IMG/VR virus record: IMGVR_UViG_3300028805_000078
Location: 1-64,000 of that record
DNA length: 64,000 bases
Strand: one strand, 5' to 3'
From: a virus
Taxonomy: Duplodnaviria; Caudoviricetes
Shown here: piece after piece, positions 17,860 to 27,652 of the stretch
How the letters are laid out: the number at the start of each line of letters is the position of its first letter
Position numbering within the stretch: the stretch's first letter is position 1
Made by a program: the position numbers and the translations under genes
Notes under the pieces: model-generated
What the model saw: the letters and a program-made list of their open reading frames with translations, nothing else
Databases searched by the model: none
What the model was told of the DNA's origin: nothing

Positions 17860-18350
17860 GTAGTATGAAATATTAAGAAACGAGCATCCCCGGCTCTAAA
17901 TTGCGTAAAATAAAAAAATTAGCTTTTAGTCCCGAGATTTCTGAAGCTTTGCAAAGCAGGTTTAATATATTATATAAAACATATAGAGCAATATATAGAG
18001 ATAAGAGATAATAGTCTATAATACAATATGATTTTTAAAAAATGGAGAAGAAAAAGAAGAAATACTATTTATAACTTTTCTTCTCTAAAATACCTATTAT
18101 CTTCCCTAATTCATAATAAAGCATAATATTGCTTCTATATATAATATATTATATATAATATAGATACTATATCTTACTTACGTCTTGTATATAACTTACT
18201 TTCTTGTATATATATAACTTATACCTCTTAATATAACTTAGATATACATAGAAAGAATAGATTTAAGTTATATTAAGAGGAGAAGTTATATACATCATAA
18301 AAGATAGTGAGTACAATGAAGAAGTAAATAAGATAAGATAATATTATACC
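17860..18350. other. very AT-rich non-coding region, candidate replication origin
   Basis: About 490 bp of AT-rich DNA without ORFs; perfect 17-bp inverted repeat 18224-18240/18264-18280; repeated ATAACTT; next to ssb. Confidence 0.45.
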
Positions 18351-18535
18351 CTACCTGTCTTCTGCCTCCGCCTCATCTTGTTTATGACGGCTCTTAATCG
18401 CGTCTGCGATTGTTTCGATACCGCCTTCGATAAACGAGATAACTACGAAGACGGAGAAACCTATCATGCCGCCTACAAAGACAGCGAGACTGTTGTTTAT
18501 AATAAAGTCACCTATTGTCGCCATGCGGCACCTCC

Positions 18536-19150
18536 TTAACTCGCCTTACGCTTCGATTGCGCTTTAGCCTTGCGACCGGTCATTCTCCACCAACCTTCAT
18601 CGTTGTTATTGAGATCGTCCATCACTTCGGCGCAGAACTTGTGGATATCCTGTTTCGGACACCACCTGTGATATTCAGGCGTAAGAACCATATATATCGT
18701 TTCACCGGTCATCAGATTTTCACGCTTTTCGATTGTTACTTCCCATGGCTTACCGGTCTTGCGGGAGATACCATCATACGGTCTCTGTGTGGAAGCGTAC
18801 AATTTGGCTTCATCGAGATTTTCGAACTTTGCCTGAGCCTTATAGATGCGGCCATTGATATAGCCGACAATAGACTGGTAAGAAGGAGTTGAAGTGCCAT
18901 AATTGCTAGCCTTCTGAAGTGCCATCGTATGGAACTTCGCGTACGAGATCTTGTGCTTCTTGCAGCACTCCTTGATGGCGTCACCACTCCATCGATACTG
19001 TGCTCCTGCGCCTCTTCCTTCAACGAATCCTGGCGTAGAATCGAAAGTGTACGGCCTGTTGTCAGTAAGGGGTCTTCTGTTGGGGTGCACTGCATTCATC
19101 TTTACATACTTCATGGGGTAATACCTCCACTTTCTTTGCGCTTTGCGCAA
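18536..19150 (-). CDS. basic hypothetical protein (start probably MKYVKM)
   Basis: GGAGG precedes the internal ATG; Lys/Arg-rich tail. Confidence 0.65.
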   Translation of the reverse strand: MRKAQRKWRYYPMKYVKMNAVHPNRRPLTDNRPYTFDSTPGFVEGRGAGAQYRWSGDAIKECCKKHKISYAKFHTMALQKASNYGTSTPSYQSIVGYINGRIYKAQAKFENLDEAKLYASTQRPYDGISRKTGKPWEVTIEKRENLMTGETIYMVLTPEYHRWCPKQDIHKFCAEVMDDLNNNDEGWWRMTGRKAKAQSKRKAS

Positions 19151-19201
19151 TTAATTCTTTTTATAACGGCAAAATTAAAAAGAGCGGCACCCGCCGCTAT
19201 T

Positions 19202-19405
19202 TTAGTATGGCCTCACCCAGCCGTCGAGATTTTCAAAGATAAACTCTTCACTATCTGCAGGCACAGGCTTGTTTGTTAAAACGTACGAACATGCACCTTC
19301 CTCGTCGATGAAATCACTATAGTCGTGTGCAGCGATCTCGTTGCTGAAAGTTGCATAGTATCCGGGATAGTTACAATCCCCTACATAGTACGTTTTCGTT
19401 ACCAT
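19202..19405 (-). CDS. hypothetical protein
   Basis: GGAGG RBS; overlaps the upstream stop. Confidence 0.55.
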   Translation of the reverse strand: MVTKTYYVGDCNYPGYYATFSNEIAAHDYSDFIDEEGACSYVLTNKPVPADSEEFIFENLDGWVRPY

Positions 19406-19677
19406 GCGTATGCCTCCCTTTCATCTTCTGTCGGAACATCGTTCCAGTAACGGAACTGCGCATTTTTCTTTGTTGTCTGTGTCCACGTCCGTTCTTCGCC
19501 GTAGAACATTTGTACATGCTCTGCGTCGAGACGTCTGATCACTGAACAAGGTATACACGAGGAGCCGTGATCGAACTCCTCGTAGTAGCGCTGGTTTTCA
19601 CGCAGCGCTTCGAAAGGAATTACAGATGCCATAACGAACCTCCTTATGCTGCGGCTTCCTTCGCGAGCTTGTCGCAT
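19399..19677 (-). CDS. hypothetical protein (start probably MASVIP), paralog of 4996-5271
   Basis: AAGGAGG precedes the internal ATG; shared motif with 4996-5271. Confidence 0.6.
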   Translation of the reverse strand: MRQAREGSRSIRRFVMASVIPFEALRENQRYYEEFDHGSSCIPCSVIRRLDAEHVQMFYGEERTWTQTTKKNAQFRYWNDVPTEDEREAYAW

Positions 19678-20099
19678 AGCTCGTTCCAGATGTCACCACT
19701 ATGTCCTGCAACATCTTCGAAAGAGAACGTACACTCTTTGTACTCGCGGCAAACCGCAATCAGTTCTTTCCAAAGATCGACATTGGATACAGGTTTCTTG
19801 GATGCGGTGATCCAGTTATTGCGCGCCCACGTATGAACGCGCTTTTCGTTGATGCTCTTTGTCACGTACTCGCTGTCGCAAATAATCGTGACGTTCGCTT
19901 TCGTGCCGGCTTTGATCTTTCGGATCGCACTTATAACTGCCGTTAATTCGGCGATGTTATTAGTGGGCTTCTCTGCCTCTATCTTGCCAGAAAACTGTTT
20001 CCAGTTCTCGCCGCACTTCAGGACTGCGGCCCATCCTGCCTTTGCACCTTCCTGTCCGTTTCTGAGACAAGATCCGTCGGTATAGATCGTAATCTCCAT
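19644..20099 (-). CDS. rnhA: ribonuclease HI
   Basis: IYTDGSC, TNNIAEL, CDSEYV, NVDLW, VAGHSG..WNELCDKLA. Confidence 0.93.
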   Translation of the reverse strand: MEITIYTDGSCLRNGQEGAKAGWAAVLKCGENWKQFSGKIEAEKPTNNIAELTAVISAIRKIKAGTKANVTIICDSEYVTKSINEKRVHTWARNNWITASKKPVSNVDLWKELIAVCREYKECTFSFEDVAGHSGDIWNELCDKLAKEAAA

Positions 20100-20571
20100 A
20101 ATGTTCCTCCTTGCGTCGCTATTGCTTAGAATTTCTAGTAAATTACTAGAAAATTTTGAGTTCTGTGAGTTCGGTAGATAGATTGTCCATCCACCGAGAT
20201 ATATCTAAAAAATTCTAATAAATTACTAGAATTTTTAGAGCAAAATGATATAGTGCGATTCACTCCTTAAGAAAGAAATTAAGAAATAAATTGCAGGGGC
20301 GGCCGAAGAAAGACCGCCCCTACTTAGAAAGGAGGGCCTGCTGTACAGGCTTTATAGTCACAGGGGTCACCACTCCCTGCATGAATCGTGCTTAGCTCCT
20401 GTTTTCGGAATGACAACGGGAGGCAGGAGGTAGACCTCCCGTTGCCGTAGACAGCGCCTGCCACCACACAGTCGCTATAAATCATAATAAGCCCCGCGCA
20501 CGCGGGGATAAGACTCTGTCCAGGTAAAAGCCCACCGGTATATGATGGGCTTTTATGCGGATAGTGCCGCA

Positions 20572-20949
20572 TCAAATACAACCGCCGCATTCACCGCAGC
20601 GGAAGTCCTGCTCTTGAATTAATTCGTAGAGCAAGCGCTGATCGCGCTCTTCGGGCAGTAAATCGGATGCCCATTTGTTTTGCGCGATCCATTCAGGGAA
20701 CTCCATGCCGTCGACGTAGTCCTCCCAATTCTCATCGAAGTTCGAATCGAAGTACCAACGGCGATGCTCACCTTTGGTATACATAGAAGAGCTTGCAACT
20801 TCTTCGGGGAGATCAACTTTCTCACCGTCTATGCGGATAATCCATTCTCCGTGGCAGAGCGAGAATCCGCCGCCGGTCCATTCCACTTCGATGGAACGAG
20901 TGGAGGGATGGGTATATTCAACAACGGGTTTGAACCGATCGGCTCGCAT
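20572..20949 (-). CDS. hypothetical protein
   Basis: AAGGAGG RBS; ends CGECGGCI. Confidence 0.7.
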   Translation of the reverse strand: MRADRFKPVVEYTHPSTRSIEVEWTGGGFSLCHGEWIIRIDGEKVDLPEEVASSSMYTKGEHRRWYFDSNFDENWEDYVDGMEFPEWIAQNKWASDLLPEERDQRLLYELIQEQDFRCGECGGCI

Positions 20950-21763
20950 TGGTTTTCCTCCTTCGTTGCGCCTTAGGTGATTTCCCCGGCTTGGGACGGG
21001 GATTGCGCATTAACCCCGCTTAGCGGGGCCCCTCTGCTTGCGTTAAGCTGCCATAGGAACGTCCTGCGGCGCAGTTTCCTGCTTCGCAAGTTCCGCCCTA
21101 ATTTCTTCTGGAGTCTTATCCTCCCAGGAAAACTTAACGGTTCCGTTAGAAGTAACAGTATAAGACATGACAATACCTCCGTTTATCGTCTTGTAGACGT
21201 AATTATGGTGGACGCTCAATTTGCTCTGGCGCTGAACGTCCGAAGCGCCGTAGATTGCATGTTGCTTTCACCCTGCCTCCATGCCAGGCAGGAACCACAA
21301 ACGGAGTGAAACCCGAAGTGCGGAAGCGAAACTCGATAACCACAATGTGGTTATTTTATTTCATAGGTGCACCCCGGCCGCCAGGCCGGGATACCTGAAG
21401 AGTAGTTTGTTGAAATAGAAACGGAATAATCGTAGTGATTCAGATGTGTATACGGTGAGCATCAGATGCGTGGACCTGATGCTTACACGAAGCAGGCCAA
21501 TCGGGAGGACCTGATGCTTATACGCAATCTGAAGCGAAGTGAGCCGAAGGCGAGCGGAGCGTCGAGCGAAGCGAAAAATCCCCCCGCCCGGAAAATAATG
21601 CCCCCCCGCATTCGGCTCAAAGAGCCGTCCTACGATGACCCGCGTGGATCACAATAGGACAGCTCTCTGTCCGCCGCAGGCTGAGCATATAATTAGCTTA
21701 GCACTGACTAAAGCCCCACAACCGAAGTCATGGGGCTGAGGTCAGTGTTATGCCGGAATCAGG

Positions 21764-24271
21764 TTACCAGGGCATTTCCTCATCTTCGTCGTCGTCGTCC
21801 TCGCAATCGTCAAGGTCATCAAGGTCGATAACGGCGCTGAGTGCCAGAGAGCCAAAGCGCTCGCTGAGCGCGTCGACGATGTAATCATTCAGACAATCCC
21901 AGAGGACACGCTTGTAAGTTTCAAGCGCCGGCCCTTCGTTCATCGTGTAGATGTAATATACAATCAGGTTGTAGACATGCTGCACGGTGCAGCCGTACTT
22001 TTCGGCGTAAAGTGCCATCAGCTTTTCGATCATCTGCTTTCTCAGATCGATAATCGTAGTGTATTCGAGATTGCGGCTCGCAGCCATCTCGCGGAGCTCG
22101 TCACTCGTGGCAAACACCAGCTGATCAAACTGACCGCCGTTTACGTACTTCGTGTTGCCGCTTTCGTCCTTTACGATCTTGCCGTTCTCGTCGCGGAGAG
22201 GTTCGCTGCGTTTGAACACCTTTGTGTTCTGTACGGACGGGAGCTGAGCGTCATACATCAGGTTCTCCCAGAAGAATTCTCCGTTGATTTTGGCACCAAA
22301 TTCAGCCATCTTCTTGGTATGTTCGTTGATGAAGATTGAGTACTGTTCAAGCGGGTGATTCGCCTTTTGCTCATACTTGGTTTCATCAACCACGTCCTTT
22401 ACGGGCTTGCCAATGTTCTTTGCAATTTTGGCAAACTTGATAAAGGTGGGCATCTTCTTGGTCATCTTCTTGACAGCTTTGGGCATAGGCAGATCGGTAT
22501 CGCCGTGCTTTTCAATGTCTACGGTGATTTCTACCTTTTTCTGCCAATATTCCACGCAAGCCTTTGCATCCGCAACGCGGGCTTCGTCTCCGTCAACGTA
22601 AGCGTCGTACAGATCGGAGTAAGCACAACTCAGCTTGTTGCTGACTGAGCCAATCTGAGAAGGTTTTATGAGGTTTGTAAAGTAAGCCATCCTTATATTC
22701 TTCGCCGTTGTCTTGTCGAAGGTGACCTTCTTTGCGTGTCCCGCAGGGGTGTTGGGCATTTGGGTGGGATTACCCATCTCATCGAGGGTTTCTGAGATGA
22801 TTTTGTGGAAATCTTCGTCCGTTACGACGAAGACTTTATCTCCGTCGTAGTCTGCTCCGCCGAGGCGACGAAGCGAATCGTCGTAGTTGTTGAGCACCAT
22901 TACGTTTTTGTCCGTAATGCCCATTTCTATGTGCTTATTGTTGAGAACAACCCAACTGGCCTCGCTGGTGTGGGGGTATCGGATCATTATCGTTTTGCCT
23001 TCGGGCAACGCTGCGCAGCAGCACTCACCTGCTTTGAGGCCGTTGCCTCCGAAAAGGTCGATTGGATCACAAGTGATTGCGTAGAATTTGCCTGCGTTTG
23101 GCAGTGCACCTCCGCGCAGCATCATCTTCTGTTTGCGATAGGCCACCTGGCCCGTCTTCTTGACGTAACCGTCAAGGGCAAGCTGCGGGTAGATCATAAC
23201 CGCTTCCCGCATCGCGGCGGGAAGAAGCTTTACAAAGTTGTTGAGGCAAGCAAGAGAGTCAAGGTACGAGCAGCCGAGCCGCTTGAACTTCTCAATGTTC
23301 TCTTCAGAGAACGCGAGGGTTTGAAGCGGCTGGTAGGTCATGTGTTTCAAGCTGTGCTTGTTCATGCGGACGGCTACTGAGATACCGGCATCTTTGACAG
23401 CGGAAATCTGCTGTTCTTCGGTTTTGGCGAGGCTGATAAACTTCTCGCCAGATTCGGAGAGGAGAATCTGCGTCTCGGAGATCTTATGGATTTTGCCCCA
23501 GGGCGTCTTGTACTCGGGGTCGAATCCGAGTGCGTCAAGGAAGAGCCTTTTGTTGACGGGGATCGCCAACACCTTAGTGGGACGGAGGCTTGCTGCCTCG
23601 GACGGGAGGTTGTTGTCTCCATCGAAGACGAAGCAGGCGGAATCGGACGCGTTGTGTCCGTTGCGATACACATCCTTCATGATGTGCATCTTTTCGAAGT
23701 TGATGTTAAAGTTGGGATACACTTCCTCGATGGGCGCGGAAGTGGAGAAGAACAGACCCAACCTGGTGAAGAATTTGTTGGGTTCCATGGCAGTGCCGGA
23801 GATCGTGAAGCCGTGGCGGAAATGTTTGGAAAACATCTCCAAGTGTTCAGCTTTTACCCAAATGGACTGGGCTTTCTTCGCGCCGGAGGCGGTGGCGCAA
23901 AGAGGGAGGTAGAGATGGTTGTTCAGGGTTATGCCGTTGTGGCAGAGGTTCCACCAGCTCGTTCTGATGGATTTGTTCTCTTTGTTCTTTTCGTCCTTTT
24001 CGTTGATGACGGAATTTACAAAAATGAATTCTTCTTCGGGGTTGAAGCCCTTGCTGATGGCGTAGCGGAATGCGGCATTGCTGCCGTGCGGCTCAACGGT
24101 GGTGGTGCCGTTGATATCGTAGTTTACGATGTTGAAGATGTGCTTGGTGGCGATGTTGTTGTTGATGACTTGACAAAGAAGTGAATTAGTGGTAGAATGT
24201 GACATGGTGGTTTCCTCCTTATTGATGTTGTTGTTGATGATGGTGGTGTTGGTAGCATTAAGATTCTTCAT
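21764..24271 (-). CDS. second single-subunit two-barrel RNA polymerase (RNAP-2)
   Basis: CATASGAK (cf. CTASAGQL), IRYPH, LGGADYDGD (DYDGD at nt 22838-22852), IGSVSN, VDIEKHG, collinear with the RNAP-1 motifs. Alternative start at 24205. Confidence 0.75.
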   Translation of the reverse strand: MKNLNATNTTIINNNINKEETTMSHSTTNSLLCQVINNNIATKHIFNIVNYDINGTTTVEPHGSNAAFRYAISKGFNPEEEFIFVNSVINEKDEKNKENKSIRTSWWNLCHNGITLNNHLYLPLCATASGAKKAQSIWVKAEHLEMFSKHFRHGFTISGTAMEPNKFFTRLGLFFSTSAPIEEVYPNFNINFEKMHIMKDVYRNGHNASDSACFVFDGDNNLPSEAASLRPTKVLAIPVNKRLFLDALGFDPEYKTPWGKIHKISETQILLSESGEKFISLAKTEEQQISAVKDAGISVAVRMNKHSLKHMTYQPLQTLAFSEENIEKFKRLGCSYLDSLACLNNFVKLLPAAMREAVMIYPQLALDGYVKKTGQVAYRKQKMMLRGGALPNAGKFYAITCDPIDLFGGNGLKAGECCCAALPEGKTIMIRYPHTSEASWVVLNNKHIEMGITDKNVMVLNNYDDSLRRLGGADYDGDKVFVVTDEDFHKIISETLDEMGNPTQMPNTPAGHAKKVTFDKTTAKNIRMAYFTNLIKPSQIGSVSNKLSCAYSDLYDAYVDGDEARVADAKACVEYWQKKVEITVDIEKHGDTDLPMPKAVKKMTKKMPTFIKFAKIAKNIGKPVKDVVDETKYEQKANHPLEQYSIFINEHTKKMAEFGAKINGEFFWENLMYDAQLPSVQNTKVFKRSEPLRDENGKIVKDESGNTKYVNGGQFDQLVFATSDELREMAASRNLEYTTIIDLRKQMIEKLMALYAEKYGCTVQHVYNLIVYYIYTMNEGPALETYKRVLWDCLNDYIVDALSERFGSLALSAVIDLDDLDDCEDDDDEDEEMPW

Positions 24272-24621
24272 TGCAATAACCTCCTTAAGATGAAACTACT
24301 TGGAGGCGGTGGTGGTGCACTGCCTCTTTTTTGCTCTTCGCCCGCGTCATGCGGCTTACGGCGGATTCAGTACCTATGGAGACTGCCATAGCAGGGTTGG
24401 TTACTTTTGCTGCAGCAGTGCAATGACTGCTACAACAATGTCCGTCACAACAGCCCACCAAGGGGCTGTTGCAAATACGAATAAACTGAACAATGTCACG
24501 TATTTCACCTCCTATTCGTGACATCTTGACAACACGTGAGAATGTGTTGTCTTGTTTAACCTTAATTTACGCCAGAAAACTGACGTAACTTAAGATTTCA
24601 TCTAACATGTTTTCTTCCAAC

Positions 24622-24673
24622 TCCAACTTCATTTCCAACTTCATTTCCAACTTCATCTCCAACTCATCTCCAA
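24622..24673 (+). repeat. tandem repeats TCCAACTTCAT(T/C)
   Basis: Three 12-mers (24622-24657), one 11-mer variant and a partial copy running into the promoter motif. Confidence 0.85.
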
Positions 24674-24702
24674 TGTAATCATTCACTAATAACCTATAAG
24701 GG
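24673..24702 (+). promoter_or_regulatory. putative phage RNAP promoter (30-bp motif)
   Basis: ATGTAATCATTCACTAATAACCTATAAGGG. Confidence 0.75.
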
Positions 24703-24831
24703 GAAGAAAGAAAGCTCGCATCACCTCTTGTAGGCAACGTGAAAGATGTAATCTCCGAAGGAAATTAGACCCCGCTGTGGTGTAATCTCTGAAAAAGATG
24801 TAATCTCCGAAGGAGTTTAGATCCCGTAGGG

Positions 24832-24861
24832 ATGTAATCATTCACTAATAACCTATAAGGG
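24832..24861 (+). promoter_or_regulatory. putative phage RNAP promoter (30-bp motif) upstream of the packaging genes
   Basis: Identical to 24673-24702. Confidence 0.75.
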
Positions 24862-24878
24862 GAGAAAGAAGAGGCCGA

Positions 24879-25832
24879 ATGTCAGACATTCTCCTTATTG
24901 CACTCTATACAATTCTTACACAAAGGAGAATGACAATGCCTAAAATTTTTGAGAGTGTAAACAAACCAGTAAAACAAATCAATCAAACAAAGATATGTTT
25001 AAAATGTCAGGAAGTAAAAGATGTAGGTGAGTTTTATTCTAACAAGGATTGGTTAGACCAAGGCGGAAGAGACATATGGTGCAAAGACTGTGTCAACCAT
25101 TGTGCTTCCAGAGACGAGATAATGGAATACTTCTGGGAGAACCACAGGGAATGGAACGACAAGATATGGACTACCGCAAAGAATAAGGCTTTGAAGTTAG
25201 CCGCGAATAATCTTTCATTTCAGCGAGCAAAAGAAGATAGGCGCAAATCGATCCTCGAAAAACTTACAGTTCAGCAGATCCCTTCAGTAATGATGCTTCC
25301 TCAATGCTACAAGTATGATCCGCATATAGGAAAAGAGATGACATTCGAAGAAGCGAAAGCGAAAGGTGAAATCAAGCATGAACAAGACGAGGACGACAGA
25401 GTATACTCAAAAGATTTCAACGGATACTTTACTCCTAACGAGCTCGAGTATCTGACAAATTATTATAATAGTCTTGAGAATGACTTTACTTTAGATACCG
25501 AGAACTTGCGAGATTATGCGCGCAAACTATCGAAAGCGTCTCTGCAAGCCGACAAAGCTCAAAATGATTTTATGAGCGGCAAGTGTGACTTCAACGTAGT
25601 AAAAGACGCGAACACGTTATTCGATATGCTTTCAAAGAGCGCGAACTTCGCCGCCTGCAAAAGAAAGCCCGGGGATAACGGAGGAATGGGTTCGTGGTCA
25701 GAATTAACTCTTAAACTTGAATCGAGCGGCTATCCCTGTATACGAAAGATAGAGTGGGAGCCCGATGATGTAGATAAGACAATTGAAGAATTCAGGTATA
25801 TTGTTGAGTCTCTCGATTTAGATAACATGTAA
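24879..25832 (+). CDS. Zn-finger protein upstream of TerL, possibly the terminase small subunit
   Basis: CLKC...CKDC motif and position; true start is probably MTMPK after AAGGAG. Confidence 0.5.
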   Translation: MSDILLIALYTILTQRRMTMPKIFESVNKPVKQINQTKICLKCQEVKDVGEFYSNKDWLDQGGRDIWCKDCVNHCASRDEIMEYFWENHREWNDKIWTTAKNKALKLAANNLSFQRAKEDRRKSILEKLTVQQIPSVMMLPQCYKYDPHIGKEMTFEEAKAKGEIKHEQDEDDRVYSKDFNGYFTPNELEYLTNYYNSLENDFTLDTENLRDYARKLSKASLQADKAQNDFMSGKCDFNVVKDANTLFDMLSKSANFAACKRKPGDNGGMGSWSELTLKLESSGYPCIRKIEWEPDDVDKTIEEFRYIVESLDLDNM

Positions 25833-25843
25833 GGGGTGTTGTT

Positions 25844-27484
25844 ATGGCTATAGCAAGACCCGGCGTAATAACGAACTTTGAAGCCGCGGAAGAACAAATA
25901 ATCTTTTATCGTACACACTTAGATATTGGAATTGAAGATATGTTCAAGCCCGTTAAACTCACAAGGACACAACATGTAATGGTGCGTGAGTTTGGCAACT
26001 GTATTGATTCAAAGGATACTTGTTCCCGAGGATTTGGTAAAACGTGGCTTGCTGTTGTTGGCGCGGCCGGTATATGCGTTCTTTATCCTGGAACAAAAGT
26101 ACTAGTTGTTTCCGCAACCGCAAAACAGGCAACGCTTGCGTTAGCAACTTTCAAAACATTAGCGGAACAAAACGCAAATATTGCAAATGAAATTTCTACG
26201 GCTAATTCAAGATCTCTTGTTCAAGTAACAAAAGATAGTTCGAAATGTGTTTTTAAGAACGGCAGCGTTATCGAATCTGTTGCGCTTGAAAGCGCGAGAG
26301 GCCGAAGAGCAAAAGTTGTCATAATAGATGAGGCTCTCGAAGTAAATCAAGAACTTCTTGAATCAATAATTGCTCCTACAAGAAATGAAATGCGTTATAA
26401 TCCGAGGACGTATGGATTCAAAGATTTTCCTTCGAAAACAATGACGATAACTTCCGCCTGTGAAAAGAGTAACCAATACTACCCTGCTTTTCTTGCCGAT
26501 GTAAAACGTATGGCAAAAGGAGACAGGACTGTGTTTGCATGTGCTCTGGACTACAGGGCAGCCGCAGCAAACGGAATTACGGATATGGATTTCTTTATGC
26601 AGGAAAAAGCAAGAATGCCTGATCTTGTATTTCAGATGGAATACGGTTCAAAATTCATAGGCGCAACAAGTAACTCGGCATTTCCTTTTGAACTTACTCA
26701 ATCATGCCGCACTTTAAATAAGATAGAGCTTGAGCAACCTAAAAACAGTAAATCGCGCTATAACATTGCGCTCGATATTGCAACAAGCGAAGCTAAGAAC
26801 GCGGATAATAGCATTATTACCGTTGTAAAGTTTACAGAGAAATCTGACGGCACATTTGCCAAGAAGCTTGTTTACATGCAAAGCTTTCACGGAAAGACGC
26901 TTGATGTATTAGCAGAAGAAATTCGAAAGATATATCATATACGGTTTCCGAATGCTGAGAAAATCGTATACGACGCAAGAGGCTTAGGAGACAGCTTTGA
27001 TCGATTCCTTGATAATGAATGGATTGATCCCCTGTCCGGAAAAGAGTATCCTCCTTTAGTCGTGGACGATGCACCCTTACTTAATTCGGCGGCTATTCAA
27101 GCGCTTCATCCTGTGCGTGCTGTACAATCCTTGAACCAGCGAATGTATACTGCGCTTAGAGTATCTCTTGAAAAAAGAACGATAGAGTTGCCGGTGCAAT
27201 TAAGAAACATACATGCAATTGATCAAGCTAACGAATACATTCGTCCTATGGAAGAATCATCGATCTTTGCAGAAGCGGATGCTCTTCAATTTGAAATGGG
27301 CAATATCGTTGGCAAGGTTGGCGCAAGCGGTAATGTTCTTTACGATGTGCCGCATCAAGGACAACATAAAGACAGATACTCATCGCTTGCGATGAACATC
27401 GATTACATAACGGAACTTGAAAAAGAAAATGTCAAGAAATACAAACGCGGCGTTCAATGCGTCGGTGTGGCAAGTTATTTTTAA
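25844..27484 (+). CDS. terminase large subunit
   Basis: Walker A SRGFGKTW, Walker B VVIIDEA, nuclease motifs LDIA and KDRYSS. Confidence 0.92.
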   Translation: MAIARPGVITNFEAAEEQIIFYRTHLDIGIEDMFKPVKLTRTQHVMVREFGNCIDSKDTCSRGFGKTWLAVVGAAGICVLYPGTKVLVVSATAKQATLALATFKTLAEQNANIANEISTANSRSLVQVTKDSSKCVFKNGSVIESVALESARGRRAKVVIIDEALEVNQELLESIIAPTRNEMRYNPRTYGFKDFPSKTMTITSACEKSNQYYPAFLADVKRMAKGDRTVFACALDYRAAAANGITDMDFFMQEKARMPDLVFQMEYGSKFIGATSNSAFPFELTQSCRTLNKIELEQPKNSKSRYNIALDIATSEAKNADNSIITVVKFTEKSDGTFAKKLVYMQSFHGKTLDVLAEEIRKIYHIRFPNAEKIVYDARGLGDSFDRFLDNEWIDPLSGKEYPPLVVDDAPLLNSAAIQALHPVRAVQSLNQRMYTALRVSLEKRTIELPVQLRNIHAIDQANEYIRPMEESSIFAEADALQFEMGNIVGKVGASGNVLYDVPHQGQHKDRYSSLAMNIDYITELEKENVKKYKRGVQCVGVASYF

Positions 27485-27652
27485 TTTAGCAGCAGACTAT
27501 TAAGAGTGCTAATAAAATTTAATAACAAAACTAGGGCGTGAACAGCCTCTGCATAGCAAGCATACAGGTTCACGATGGAGCGGGTGATCGCCGCATCCCT
27601 CAGAGGCGGAAGGGCTGAGGGGCTTTAAAAAATGAAAGGAGGCTGACGCCTC

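Noticed and set aside
24673-24702. Homology of the 30-bp motif to the T7 promoter (TAATACGACTCACTATAGGG)
   Set aside because: The resemblance is superficial: spacing differs and no T7-type polymerase is encoded in the window.
24616-24870. CRISPR array
   Set aside because: The repeats are tandem or irregularly spaced without unique spacers of constant length, and there are no cas genes.
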